NCBI GenBank assembly: GCA_017451265.1
Contig: JAFSPU010000010.1
Span: forward strand, 6,818 to 70,817
Direction: 5' to 3'
From: Clostridiales bacterium
GTDB taxonomy: Bacteria > Bacillota > Clostridia > Saccharofermentanales > Saccharofermentanaceae
DNA: 64,000 nt
Position numbers and translations under genes: made by a program. Positions 17,397 to 27,480 of the stretch are shown in pieces; within the stretch, counting starts at the first letter, position 1; each line of letters starts with the position of its first letter. The notes below the pieces were generated by a model that saw only the letters and a program-made list of their open reading frames with translations, had not been told where the DNA came from and made no database searches.

Positions 17397-18413
17397 TTAT
17401 TCACTTTCGGCAGCCGCCACGGACTCCTCAGCGGGTTCCGGTTCAGGCCTAACTACCGGCTCCCCTTCCACTCCGAATTTCTCGAACTCTTCCCTCTTGC
17501 TTGCCGCGAGGTAATAATCAGGCTGGGTGGCCATCCTCAGGACCGAAGCCGCGTAATACTTGCCTTCCCTGTTCTTCTTGATGCGGGTCCTGCAGAAGAA
17601 CTCGCCGTCCTTGGTGCACTCATAGAGCGCATAAACGGACTTCCTGATGCGGAAGGGCTCCATCTTGATATTGAAGTTTCTGCCGCAGATCGGGCACTTC
17701 ACGGAGAAGCCGGAAACCAGGGACAGGGCCTGTGACGTATGCTCGCAGGGCGCTCCCACCTTGGAATACTCGCGCTTGATGTCGCAGTTTACGGAGGAGC
17801 TCGAGACTACGCTAAGCACCTCGCTGGTCTGATTTCTGTCGAAGATGTTCTCCATGATGCGGGCCGTGTACTTGGCGTCTGCAGTGGCGCTGTGGAAGTC
17901 CTCTTCCTTTGGGACGTTGTAGTAGTCCACGGCAAACTCCACGCTCCTCTGCTTGCCCTTCTCGGTGGAGAACACTGAGAAAAGGGGCTGCACGTCAAGG
18001 AAGAACATGTCGAGCTTATCGTCCATGCCGAAGAACTTGAGGTTCATCTTGAGCATGTCGGTGTCGTTGTTGCCCCAGCCTGCGAGGATGGCATCGCTGC
18101 CACAGAACTCACGAAACTTGGTGTACGCGTCAGTAAAAAACTCCCCGCGGGCAAGGTCCGCATTGGTCTTGTGGGTGACTTTCTTTACGTGGTAGTGGAT
18201 GGTCTTGTAGCACACGGGCTTGATGTCACATGAGAAGACCCCGCGCTCTATCAACATGCCCTGCATATAGACAAGCTTCACGGCTCCGATCTCGATGATC
18301 TCGCCCGTGAGCGTAGATACATCAAAGCCGTACTCTTTGCCCGGGAGAGGCTGGTTCCACTCCAGGTCAAAGACGATAAATACATCGCCGTCCTTAATTT
18401 TCCTGCTGAGCAT
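17397..18413 (-). CDS. DEDDh 3'-5' exonuclease with C-terminal Cys cluster
   Basis: FDLEWNQ, EIIEIGAVK, HSATADA, CPIC; start moved to ATG 18413. Confidence 0.85.
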   Translation of the reverse strand: MLSRKIKDGDVFIVFDLEWNQPLPGKEYGFDVSTLTGEIIEIGAVKLVYMQGMLIERGVFSCDIKPVCYKTIHYHVKKVTHKTNADLARGEFFTDAYTKFREFCGSDAILAGWGNNDTDMLKMNLKFFGMDDKLDMFFLDVQPLFSVFSTEKGKQRSVEFAVDYYNVPKEEDFHSATADAKYTARIMENIFDRNQTSEVLSVVSSSSVNCDIKREYSKVGAPCEHTSQALSLVSGFSVKCPICGRNFNIKMEPFRIRKSVYALYECTKDGEFFCRTRIKKNREGKYYAASVLRMATQPDYYLAASKREEFEKFGVEGEPVVRPEPEPAEESVAAAESE

Positions 18414-20616
18414 TAGGTTCTTTCCTGACCGTTTCCTTGTGAATAAACACATTATAAAGTATTACGCCTAATGATAATACCCACAGCACCAGGGACACAA
18501 CAGGGACCGCGGCAGAATTTGTGACCTTCACCATGTAGTCCGCGCTGCCCACTCCCTGGAACACAGCCGCAAGCCTGCCTGCAAAGCCGAATGTCTCGGA
18601 AGAGACGCGGCCGTCGGGGCCCGTGATCCTGATGTCGTAGTTATCGCCGTAAGGCACTGAAGTAATTACCGTCATGTAGGACGCATATGCCGAATCCGGG
18701 TCGCCTCCGATGAGAGCCTCGAAGCCTTCCAGCGAGCGGACAGTTCCGCGCAGCTGCTCCATAACAGCCGAATCCGCGCGCCAGACCGTAAACATCTCGG
18801 AATCAGAAGAAGTCGTGCCCACAAGGCGCAGGCTCACGCCGTCGGTCTTTCTTTCCAGAACCTTCACGAAGGGTCCCTCAAGCTCGGTAATAATCTCGTC
18901 ATCACCGTAGTTCTCCGACAGCACCGCGCTGTCATCGAAAGTGGTGTAAACGTAGTAGCTGTCACCAGGATTCATGTTCTCGCACCTGACGAGCACCTCA
19001 TAAGGCACGTCTCTTTCCGAGACGAAATACACACCGTTCCCCTCCACCGTCACGCCGGAAGAGAAAACGGTAAATGAATCCGCCTTCTCGAAAAGGTCTC
19101 CAAGGAGCGCTGCCTGCGTCAGGATGTTCACGCGCTCGGGGTAAGTGTCGGCAGAAGAAGTGCGAAGATCCGAGTACACCAGCAGGTACTCAGGGTCGCT
19201 GCCGTAAAGCGGGAAGTCATCGCCGACTTCGACACTTAAAGTGGAGTCTCGGCCGCCGTAGGGTCGGCTCTCATTGATAGCTCCTGCGAACTCGGAGACT
19301 TTGAAGCAATAGAAAAGGTTTACGGTCACGCCGATGATGCCAAGGAACGCGAACCACTTAACAGCCTTCTCCCTGCCCTCGCTTTGCATGAGCAGGACGA
19401 TGGTCCAGAACAGGACCGCGCCCGCACTGAACCAGATGGAGAACACGCTCTTTGAAACCTCGCCTGAGGAAGATGAATTGGCGATCACGATGAAAGCGAA
19501 CACTGCTGCCGCGGCACCGTAGATTCCGGTGCGGGAAACATTGCCCGCATTGCGCCAGGATATGGTGGCAAGGAAGAAAGTCAGGACACACAGCATGCCG
19601 GTCCTCATGAAAGCACCCGCGTCCATGTCCTCATACACAGAAAGGACCGCGCTTAGCAAGGACCAGGAAAGTGAAGCTGCCGTAACCACCAGCGTGATGA
19701 AGCCCGCAAGCTTAGCCCCGTGCGGAACATTCTGATTGATGAAGAACAGCACCGCCATTACGGCCACGAACATTGACACGCCGAAGACCGCGTAGGAACC
19801 TGCCTCGGGGATATTGATGGGAGTGCCGTCCAGGCCCGAGCACAGCATGTCGAACAGTGTGAACGTCACGCGGCTGTTCAAGGTCTCGGTCTTGATATCG
19901 ATGAACATCCTGCCTGACGCGAACACCGGAATCAGCACCGGGAGCTCGAAGATGACTGACATAAAGCAGGCCTTCACGGCAGCACCGATGCGCGCCTCGT
20001 TTATAAGCTGTGAAAGGATCCACAGGACAGCAACGGTAAACAGCAGACCTGTGATGATGCCTTCAAAACCGCCTGTACAGAAGAGCGCAAACACTGCCGC
20101 AGCGATCCACACATCTTTATGTGAACCGCGTCTTAGAAGTGTATCCGCCGCACTCAGCGCAAGCGGCATTACGATCATGACATTGCTTACCTGCGGCATA
20201 AGGCTCGCGGTGAAGCTTACGGCGCAGAATGAATAGATATGGCCGATCAGAACCGCGTGTATCCTCTCGATCCGCACATGGCGTACGCTCCAGTGATACA
20301 TGCCGAGTGACATCAGGCCGAATCTTATGTAGAAGAAGCCGCGCAGCAGGAACTTGCCGGGAGCGCCTCCGATAATGAGGCTTATGATAAACGACGGATA
20401 GAACCTTCTGGTGAGCACATCGCACAGCACATCGGGGATGAACACGGGACCGAGTGCGAGCTTGGACCTCATCTCATCGATATCGTTCATCTGAAGTTCG
20501 ACGCCGTTAATGATGTTCACCGACGCCCTCGAGATCATGAAAAGCAGGATGAGTACCGGCAGCAGGAAAGACACCGCCGCATATATCAGGGCATCGTCAT
20601 TAAACTTCCGTCTCAT
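18394..20616 (-). CDS. Divergent YfhO-like polytopic membrane protein
   Basis: Same architecture as the upstream YfhO (TM block, extracellular domain, ITSVPY motif, C-terminal TM); start moved to MRRKF at 20616. Confidence 0.6.
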   Translation of the reverse strand: MRRKFNDDALIYAAVSFLLPVLILLFMISRASVNIINGVELQMNDIDEMRSKLALGPVFIPDVLCDVLTRRFYPSFIISLIIGGAPGKFLLRGFFYIRFGLMSLGMYHWSVRHVRIERIHAVLIGHIYSFCAVSFTASLMPQVSNVMIVMPLALSAADTLLRRGSHKDVWIAAAVFALFCTGGFEGIITGLLFTVAVLWILSQLINEARIGAAVKACFMSVIFELPVLIPVFASGRMFIDIKTETLNSRVTFTLFDMLCSGLDGTPINIPEAGSYAVFGVSMFVAVMAVLFFINQNVPHGAKLAGFITLVVTAASLSWSLLSAVLSVYEDMDAGAFMRTGMLCVLTFFLATISWRNAGNVSRTGIYGAAAAVFAFIVIANSSSSGEVSKSVFSIWFSAGAVLFWTIVLLMQSEGREKAVKWFAFLGIIGVTVNLFYCFKVSEFAGAINESRPYGGRDSTLSVEVGDDFPLYGSDPEYLLVYSDLRTSSADTYPERVNILTQAALLGDLFEKADSFTVFSSGVTVEGNGVYFVSERDVPYEVLVRCENMNPGDSYYVYTTFDDSAVLSENYGDDEIITELEGPFVKVLERKTDGVSLRLVGTTSSDSEMFTVWRADSAVMEQLRGTVRSLEGFEALIGGDPDSAYASYMTVITSVPYGDNYDIRITGPDGRVSSETFGFAGRLAAVFQGVGSADYMVKVTNSAAVPVVSLVLWVLSLGVILYNVFIHKETVRKEPNAQQEN

Positions 20617-23371
20617 CGTAAGGGATTTCTCCGGGAACATCCTCTGCCGTATCGACCTGAGCCTGTATAGCGGCCTCAGAATCAGCGCCACCCTCAGCCA
20701 AGCCTTCAGCTGCAGGCACAGTAACCTTGCGGCCTGAAATAAGCTTGGAAACCAGGAGCACTGCCGCAAAGGCGACCACGCCCGCAAGTGTTACGAAAGC
20801 CGCCTGTGTAAAGCCTTCGGGAACATAGCGCAGGGAGATCTCGTGTGTGCCCGCTTCAAGAGTTACACCGCACAGCGCATCGCCTACTGACTCGAGCTCG
20901 GTCTGAACGCCGTCCACCTCAAGGCAGAATCCCTCGGTATAAGGAATTGTGAGAAGAAGGAAACCTCCCTCCCCTGCATCGACCGTGCCCTCGAGCGAAG
21001 TGTCGTCATAATGAGTGACGTTAAACTGCCTCTGACTTAATGTATTGATAGCTTCCACGTAACCGGGAAGGTTAAGTTCATATGCATAAAGATGGATCGT
21101 GCCTGAAGGCGAATCGCTGTAAGTAATCGTGCATGACAGGGGCTCACCCTCGTACTTGCCGAGGAAGATCGTCTGATAGCTTCTGATCTCATACTCGCAG
21201 ACTCTCTCGTCACCTGACATGATCTTGACGCGGCCTCCCTTGGAGCTGTCAGCATAGACATAGACGTCCGCACCGATATCAGCATTGTTTACTGTGATGG
21301 TATACGAGCTCGAGCTGCCCGCGTTGTCCATGAGGAATGTCAACGCATTGGCACTTCTGCCCGTGGGTGTCATGCCGGTCTCATCTGAAGAGGTAGCGAT
21401 GACAGGAAGGTATACGTCAGCCTGCACGCCCATGGCTCTGACCCAGTCGTTGGTCTTGGTGAAGACGTCGTTAAGCGTGGTGGAAGGCGCGTAAGTCAGG
21501 ATATCGGGCGAGGTCATGTAGCCAACTGCGAGAGCATCGGGGTTGTTGTAGAAAGTAACGCCCGCTTCCTCGTCCCCGCCGCACTCATCGAAAAGCAGCG
21601 GAACGCTCTGCGTCTCCTGGATGGCCGCGAGTGTCCTCACGCCGAGAAGCGATGCGGTAACGCGCGTAAGGCCGGAATTTCTGAGACCGTTGATGCCGTT
21701 GTTATGGAATCCGAAGTTGCGCATGTATCTAACGAAACTCTCACGCGCAGTCGAAGAGAAGATCGATATACCCTTCAGGTCATAGACGGACTGAATATCA
21801 CAGATATAGTTGGGGAAAAGCTCTGTTCTTTCGAAAGTGTTGTGACCCTCAGTGCCCTCCACTTCCGTCGCATAGTTATGGATGACCTTGCGGTTCTTTC
21901 CGTAGAAATCGTAAGCCGTGAAGCCCTCGTGCTCTGCAACTCTTCCGATGGTGAAAGCGGAAGCTGTTAAAGTCTCGGCGAGCATCGTGATCGTGATGAC
22001 AAGCTCGAGCACCTCATTGCGGCCGCGCGGCGACATGATGATGTACCTGAGAACTACTGACTGAATTACCAGGAACAGCAGCGTGAGTCCGATCTGCTGG
22101 TAGCCTTCATTGCCCGAGCCGAACTTCTCATACAGAAGCAGGAACACGCCCGCGCCCACGCACACCGCAGACAGCTGTCCCGGCGTGAAAGTCTTGAGCA
22201 CGCGGATAGTCATAAAAGCCATGATAACTACCAGGAAGCTCATCATGTAAGACTGCCTGTAAGGGATCTGGTTCGGGAAGTGCATGCCGTGCCAGATGAA
22301 GTTCAAAGTCCTGGTGGAGAAGCTCATGTACATGAACAGCAGCATGAAGCCGAAGCCGATTTTCCTGCGCAGAGTGATGCCGGTCCTAGAAGACGCCATG
22401 AAGAACAGCGGCAGCATAAGGACTGCGACCGTACCGCAGGTTACGTTGGCCATGCCGTCTCTGATATTCGGGTTGGCGCTCACGAGGAAGCGGCCGAGGA
22501 AGTCAAAGAGGTTACCCGTGGGGTTGAAGTCGACCGGGAATGTGTCGCCCGTGGCGGAAGAGTGCTGCAGGATAAGGTAAGTCGGGATCGTGACCACGGC
22601 AGAAAGCGAGCCTGCGATGAGCGAACCCAGCGCAAATCTTCCCGCGGAAGCGAAGAAGGAGCCGATGCCGAGCCTGTCGGCAGGCATGAAAGCGAAGTAA
22701 ACAACTACCGAGAAGAACGTCAGGAAGATGCAAAGCATGTATCCCGAGTAGTAGTTGGAGATGATGGCTGTGGCAAGGGCTGCGATATAAAAGCCGTACT
22801 TTCCTTCCTCGAAGAGCCTTATGAGGCCGAGGGTAATGAGCGGCAGCAGTACGTAGCCGTCACACCACATGATGTTCCAGAAGTCTGAGAGGAACCAGCC
22901 TGAGAGCGCATAAGCCACGCCGAAGCAGACCGTGATGAGGTCGTATTTGCGCGAGTCGATGCGGGACAGCAAAAGCCCCATGAACAGTGACGCGAGACCT
23001 GCCCTGATCGCCGTGACGACAGCGACGAAGACCGGCAGCATCTTATATGGGAACAGCAGCGAGAGAAGATTCAGCGGGCTTGCACAGTAGTTGGCAAAGA
23101 CCGCGTAGTACTCGTTGCCGAGGCCGCAGTTCCAGGAATAGAACAGCGAGCGGCCTCCGAGGATCTTGGCGCGCAGCTCGTATATAAAAGGCATGTACTG
23201 GTGGTAAAGGTCAACCGTGAGCATCGTCTTCGTGCCGGCGGGATATACCCCCATGAGCGCAAAGATCAGGATGACCGAGATAAAAGGAAAAATGAATGAG
23301 AAAAACCTGAGATCTTTAACGAATCTCAGGATCCTAGACGGTATTTCACTTTCTTTGCCCAATTTATCCAT
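20600..23371 (-). CDS. YfhO family GT-C glycosyltransferase
   Basis: DLYHQYMPF, YSWNCGLG, SPLN, WHGMHFPNQIPYR, LTIPYTEG. Confidence 0.9.
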   Translation of the reverse strand: MDKLGKESEIPSRILRFVKDLRFFSFIFPFISVILIFALMGVYPAGTKTMLTVDLYHQYMPFIYELRAKILGGRSLFYSWNCGLGNEYYAVFANYCASPLNLLSLLFPYKMLPVFVAVVTAIRAGLASLFMGLLLSRIDSRKYDLITVCFGVAYALSGWFLSDFWNIMWCDGYVLLPLITLGLIRLFEEGKYGFYIAALATAIISNYYSGYMLCIFLTFFSVVVYFAFMPADRLGIGSFFASAGRFALGSLIAGSLSAVVTIPTYLILQHSSATGDTFPVDFNPTGNLFDFLGRFLVSANPNIRDGMANVTCGTVAVLMLPLFFMASSRTGITLRRKIGFGFMLLFMYMSFSTRTLNFIWHGMHFPNQIPYRQSYMMSFLVVIMAFMTIRVLKTFTPGQLSAVCVGAGVFLLLYEKFGSGNEGYQQIGLTLLFLVIQSVVLRYIIMSPRGRNEVLELVITITMLAETLTASAFTIGRVAEHEGFTAYDFYGKNRKVIHNYATEVEGTEGHNTFERTELFPNYICDIQSVYDLKGISIFSSTARESFVRYMRNFGFHNNGINGLRNSGLTRVTASLLGVRTLAAIQETQSVPLLFDECGGDEEAGVTFYNNPDALAVGYMTSPDILTYAPSTTLNDVFTKTNDWVRAMGVQADVYLPVIATSSDETGMTPTGRSANALTFLMDNAGSSSSYTITVNNADIGADVYVYADSSKGGRVKIMSGDERVCEYEIRSYQTIFLGKYEGEPLSCTITYSDSPSGTIHLYAYELNLPGYVEAINTLSQRQFNVTHYDDTSLEGTVDAGEGGFLLLTIPYTEGFCLEVDGVQTELESVGDALCGVTLEAGTHEISLRYVPEGFTQAAFVTLAGVVAFAAVLLVSKLISGRKVTVPAAEGLAEGGADSEAAIQAQVDTAEDVPGEIPYDETEV

Positions 23372-23446
23372 GAGACCAATAGTACCATATTTTGTAGCAT
23401 TGCGGTAATAAAAGCAAAGCCTTCTATATGTTAAAGTATTATAAGT

Positions 23447-24358
23447 ATGGGACTTAGGTTAAGAATAATCATCAATCCTTCCTCGGGAAGGGAAACTTCT
23501 TTAAAAGATCTCGACAACATACTGCTGTATCTGTCGGAGACCGGTAATCTTACGCGCTCCGATATCTGCTATACCTCAGGCAAGAACGACGCCATGAACT
23601 TCGCACGCAAGACGGTGACTTCCAAATACGATGCCATCGTGGCCCTGGGCGGAGACGGCACGGTAAACGAGGTCGTTACCGGCATGATGAGAGGCGGTAT
23701 CAATCTGCCGCTTGCCATCTACACTTCCGGTACCGTAAACGACTTTGCCACCATAAACAACCTGCCCCAGGCGCCTTCCGACTTCGCACGCATGCTCTCA
23801 AAGCCCACGTACATCAACGTCGACTGCGGCAAGGCAAATGACGACTACTTCCTTAACGTGGTCGCAGGCGGCCTCATGACTGACGTGGCTTACAAGACAA
23901 GGTCCGACATCAAGACCGCGATTGGCCCTGCAGCTTACTGGCTGTCGGCCATGAAGGATCTTCCCGACATCAACCGCTCTATCCCCGTTAAGATCACGGT
24001 GAACGGCGTCACATACGAGGAAGACATCATCATGTTCATGATTTCCAACACAAGCTCCGTCGGCGGCTTCCGCAAGATAATGACCAAGGCCGACATTACT
24101 GACGGCGTGCTGGACATGCTAGTGGTAAAGAAGATGGACCCGCTCGAGGTCGTGCCTCTTTTAGGCAGCCTCATGATCGGCGACCACATCAACAACGACA
24201 ACGTTATCTACACACAGTCAGATGATATTACTATCGAGTCAAACGAACCGCTCGTGCTCGACATCGACGGCGAGAAGGGCTCGTCCCTCCCCGCCCGCAT
24301 AAGCTGCATTAAGAATGCTATCAAACTAATTGTTCCCGGCAAGGAGGAACCGCTTTGA
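23447..24358 (+). CDS. Diacylglycerol kinase family (YegS/BmrU) lipid kinase
   Basis: NPSSG, GGDGTVNEV, GTVNDFA, DIDGE. Confidence 0.92.
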   Translation: MGLRLRIIINPSSGRETSLKDLDNILLYLSETGNLTRSDICYTSGKNDAMNFARKTVTSKYDAIVALGGDGTVNEVVTGMMRGGINLPLAIYTSGTVNDFATINNLPQAPSDFARMLSKPTYINVDCGKANDDYFLNVVAGGLMTDVAYKTRSDIKTAIGPAAYWLSAMKDLPDINRSIPVKITVNGVTYEEDIIMFMISNTSSVGGFRKIMTKADITDGVLDMLVVKKMDPLEVVPLLGSLMIGDHINNDNVIYTQSDDITIESNEPLVLDIDGEKGSSLPARISCIKNAIKLIVPGKEEPL

Positions 24359-26040
24359 AAAAGAATAGAGACGACAGGAAAAAGAATGTAAGAATACCGG
24401 ACTTTGATGCCGCAGGCGAGTCAGCCGAGAGCAGCATCAATGTTCTCTCGGACTTAAGCGACAACACGTCTGCGATATCAGGCGACGATTCTACTCTCGA
24501 GGAGCAGATCACCACTGAAGCCGCGGCTCCTAAGGTGAAGGATGTCCGCAAGAACGAGATCGCACCCGTTAAGCTTGACCTCGCACCCGCGAAGGGCGAC
24601 AGATCACGTGCACCCGTAACAAAGGGCACCATCAAGAGCATCACGTTTCTCGTGATCGCTTCCTTCATCGTGCTCGCCACGGTCGCGACCTCGCTCTTCT
24701 ACAACGCCGGCATCAAGGAGAAGCTGCAGAGTCCTCTCCTCATCGGCGGCCAGCCTGTGGACAGTGCGGAGTTCTCCTTCATGTACCACTACATACTTAT
24801 CGACAACGGTGTCGACATCTTCGCTTCGGAGACGCCTGAGATGCTCGCGTCCCCTTCCATTGACACGAACTACGCTACTAACCGTGACTACTTCCTTGAC
24901 CTGACGGCACAGCAGATGCAGCTCACGCAGCTTCTTTACGATGATGCCACAGCACACGGCTATGAGATCGAGCAGAGACATTACGACCTCGCACGCGCTT
25001 ATATCGACTGGCTCCAGGGCAAGGCAAACGAGCTCGGAGTTGACCTCACCACTTACATCAGAGGCGTCTTCGGCGACCAGGTAGACGAGCAGGTCATCCT
25101 CTCCTCCCTCGCAAAGATGTATTTCACAGAAGACTACGCGTCCGATGCCAAGCTCGTTGAGCTCCAGGCTACTGATGAGCAGGCTGAGGAAGCTTACCAG
25201 AACAACCCCAACGCTTATGACGAAGTCTCCTACAAGCTCCTGCGAATCAGATACGAGCAGAGAGACCAGGCTTTCGTAGATACAGCTAACCTGCATGCCA
25301 ACCAGATCATCGAGCAGATGGGCAATGACCCTTCAATGTTCGAAGCCATTGCAGCTCAGTATTTCTCAGGAGAGGCCGCTGCCATCCTGCAGCTTACTGA
25401 CTCCTGCCTCACGACCGGCGCACGTTATGATGACTTCTCTCATACAGACTTCAGAGACTGGCTCTTCGACTACTCCAGAGTGGCCGGTGACTCCGTCATC
25501 TTCAACGACGAGGACGGCTTCCCGATCATACTGGTATTCGTTAACAGAGAAAGACAGACAGTACCTTTAAGAGAAGTACGTATGGTAGAGGTTCTGATCG
25601 ACAACTCAGGTGATGAGAATACTCCCGGCTACGACATTGCCAACGCACAGCAGGTCGCACAGGAGATCTACGATACTATCGGCGTATTCGGTGAAGAGAC
25701 TGATGTACAGACGATCGAGAACCTTTATAACGACGATATCATCAACGGCAACATCGTCATCACTCACAGCCAGGATACATACCCCGGCAAGTACGAAGGA
25801 ATCCTTAACGAGTGGATATTCTCCGACACGAGAGTCGCAGGTGACAAGGCATTCCTCGAGACTGATACGGGATACTACATCGTCTATCTTGTAGATATCT
25901 CCACCAACCCTGAGTGGTACGACAGAGTTAACTCATTCGTACGTATGAGAAACTACCAGGCATTCTTAAATGAGACTATGGGTTCATATGAATATGAATT
26001 CAATCAGACAGGTCTCGACAGGATCGCGGACGTACCGTAA
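24355..26040 (+). CDS. Membrane-anchored acidic PrsA/SurA-like foldase (two parvulin-like repeats)
   Basis: Single TM; internal repeat FRDWLFDYSRVAGD / LNEWIFSDTRVAGD; GYYIVY. Confidence 0.55.
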   Translation: MKKNRDDRKKNVRIPDFDAAGESAESSINVLSDLSDNTSAISGDDSTLEEQITTEAAAPKVKDVRKNEIAPVKLDLAPAKGDRSRAPVTKGTIKSITFLVIASFIVLATVATSLFYNAGIKEKLQSPLLIGGQPVDSAEFSFMYHYILIDNGVDIFASETPEMLASPSIDTNYATNRDYFLDLTAQQMQLTQLLYDDATAHGYEIEQRHYDLARAYIDWLQGKANELGVDLTTYIRGVFGDQVDEQVILSSLAKMYFTEDYASDAKLVELQATDEQAEEAYQNNPNAYDEVSYKLLRIRYEQRDQAFVDTANLHANQIIEQMGNDPSMFEAIAAQYFSGEAAAILQLTDSCLTTGARYDDFSHTDFRDWLFDYSRVAGDSVIFNDEDGFPIILVFVNRERQTVPLREVRMVEVLIDNSGDENTPGYDIANAQQVAQEIYDTIGVFGEETDVQTIENLYNDDIINGNIVITHSQDTYPGKYEGILNEWIFSDTRVAGDKAFLETDTGYYIVYLVDISTNPEWYDRVNSFVRMRNYQAFLNETMGSYEYEFNQTGLDRIADVP

Positions 26041-26070
26041 AGGTTCTGAATAACAGAATAAAAACAAAGA

Positions 26071-26097
26071 AATAGCGGGGTTTAAATCCCCGCTATT
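26071..26097. terminator. Hairpin between convergent genes
   Basis: AATAGCGGGG-loop-CCCCGCTATT. Confidence 0.75.
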
Positions 26098-26210
26098 ATT
26101 AATGCTATTATCGACATGATGAGTGAGCCGCCGACCGCTATGGCGAGTATCGCCGCCATGATCTTGACGTACTTCGATCTCCTCTTCGTATAGTTATTGT
26201 TCTGCGTCAT
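26082..26210 (-). CDS. Small 42-aa single-TM protein (below ORF-track cutoff)
   Basis: GGAG SD then MTQNNNYTKRRSKYVKIMAAILAIAVGGSLIMSIIALIIAGI*; overlaps the htrA stop. Confidence 0.65.
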   Translation of the reverse strand: MTQNNNYTKRRSKYVKIMAAILAIAVGGSLIMSIIALIIAGI

Positions 26211-27399
26211 TCGAATCTCCAATCACCAGATTTAATTCTACTTCGTGACCGTCACGGCTGACGACTACTGTGATCTCGTCGCCGGGGACATGCTGATCGC
26301 GCACATCTATAATATCATCGGAATAGATGATTTCAACCCCGTCCATCGAAAGTATGATGTCGCCGGGTCTTAAGCCTGCAGCCTGCGCAGGGCTTCCCTC
26401 TTCAACTTCGGAAACATATACGCCTGCGACCGCGCCGTAGTATTCATCGGATGCGATCTGGCCTACTACTACTCCGAGATACGGGCGGTTTGCCACATAT
26501 CCGTAATTGATGATGGACTGGATGATCTCATCTACATCTGAGATCGGGATAGCAAATCCCAGGCCCTCAGCTGTGGAGATCTTGGCATTAGTAACACCGA
26601 TAACCTCACCGAAGGAATTGATCAGCGGTCCGCCGGAATTACCTGAATTGATGGATGCATCCGTCTGGATAAGATCCATGGTGTAGCCGTTGTTGTTTAC
26701 TGTTCTTTCAAGCGCGGACACCACGCCGACAGTTACGGTTCCGGAAAGCTTTCCCAAAGGATTACCGATGGCCACCACGAGCTCGCCTACCTGCAAAGTA
26801 TCGGAATCGCCTAAAGTTACATAAGAGTAGGGCTCGTCCTGCTCCTGCGCCTTCAGCACTGCGATATCCGTCTGTATATCGGAACCTACTACTTCAGCTT
26901 CGATCGGAACGTCATAACCGGGCACAACTATAAGGATCGAATAGCCTGAACCCTCGATCACATCCTCGACTACATGTCTGTTAGTAACGATGTATCCGTC
27001 TGCGCTTACAAAGAAGCCTGAACCCGTGAAGGCAGGAGTCGTAGAACCATTGCTCATCTGCGCCATTACGTAAACGGATATCGTGGCGGGGCTTACACTG
27101 TTTACTATCTCCACCGTGCTTAACGTCGGCTTATTCGGATCCGTCACGGAAGCCGCATGCTCCAGCGAGAACTCGGGATTGGCAAGAGGAGAAACTTCAG
27201 GTTCCGTGTCCTCACGAGTGGACGCTGTCTCCTCTTCGGGCTCTCCGCGCATATAAGCGTAGTTTCCTACAGAGCCTGAAGCAAGCTTTAAGATATAGAC
27301 CGTCTGCAGTGCAGAGAACACCACAGAGCTTACTGTTATGATGCACAGGATGGGTACCAGAAGGCCCCTGTTCTTGTTTTTCTTATTTGTTTCTTCCAT
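26194..27399 (-). CDS. htrA: HtrA/DegP serine protease with PDZ domain
   Basis: GSGF, TNRHV, DIAV, GNSGGPL; N-terminal TM; ATG 27399 after GAGGTG. Confidence 0.93.
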   Translation of the reverse strand: MEETNKKNKNRGLLVPILCIITVSSVVFSALQTVYILKLASGSVGNYAYMRGEPEEETASTREDTEPEVSPLANPEFSLEHAASVTDPNKPTLSTVEIVNSVSPATISVYVMAQMSNGSTTPAFTGSGFFVSADGYIVTNRHVVEDVIEGSGYSILIVVPGYDVPIEAEVVGSDIQTDIAVLKAQEQDEPYSYVTLGDSDTLQVGELVVAIGNPLGKLSGTVTVGVVSALERTVNNNGYTMDLIQTDASINSGNSGGPLINSFGEVIGVTNAKISTAEGLGFAIPISDVDEIIQSIINYGYVANRPYLGVVVGQIASDEYYGAVAGVYVSEVEEGSPAQAAGLRPGDIILSMDGVEIIYSDDIIDVRDQHVPGDEITVVVSRDGHEVELNLVIGDSNDAEQ

Positions 27400-27438
27400 T
27401 GAAATCACCTCGACAAAGTCGATAATACTCCGCTAAGG

Positions 27439-27466
27439 ATTATAAATGAGGGCAAAGATTAGTCAA
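27439..27466 (-). promoter_or_regulatory. sigmaA promoter of htrA
   Basis: TTGACT-16nt-TATAAT. Confidence 0.65.
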
Positions 27467-27480
27467 AATTCAGTTAAATC

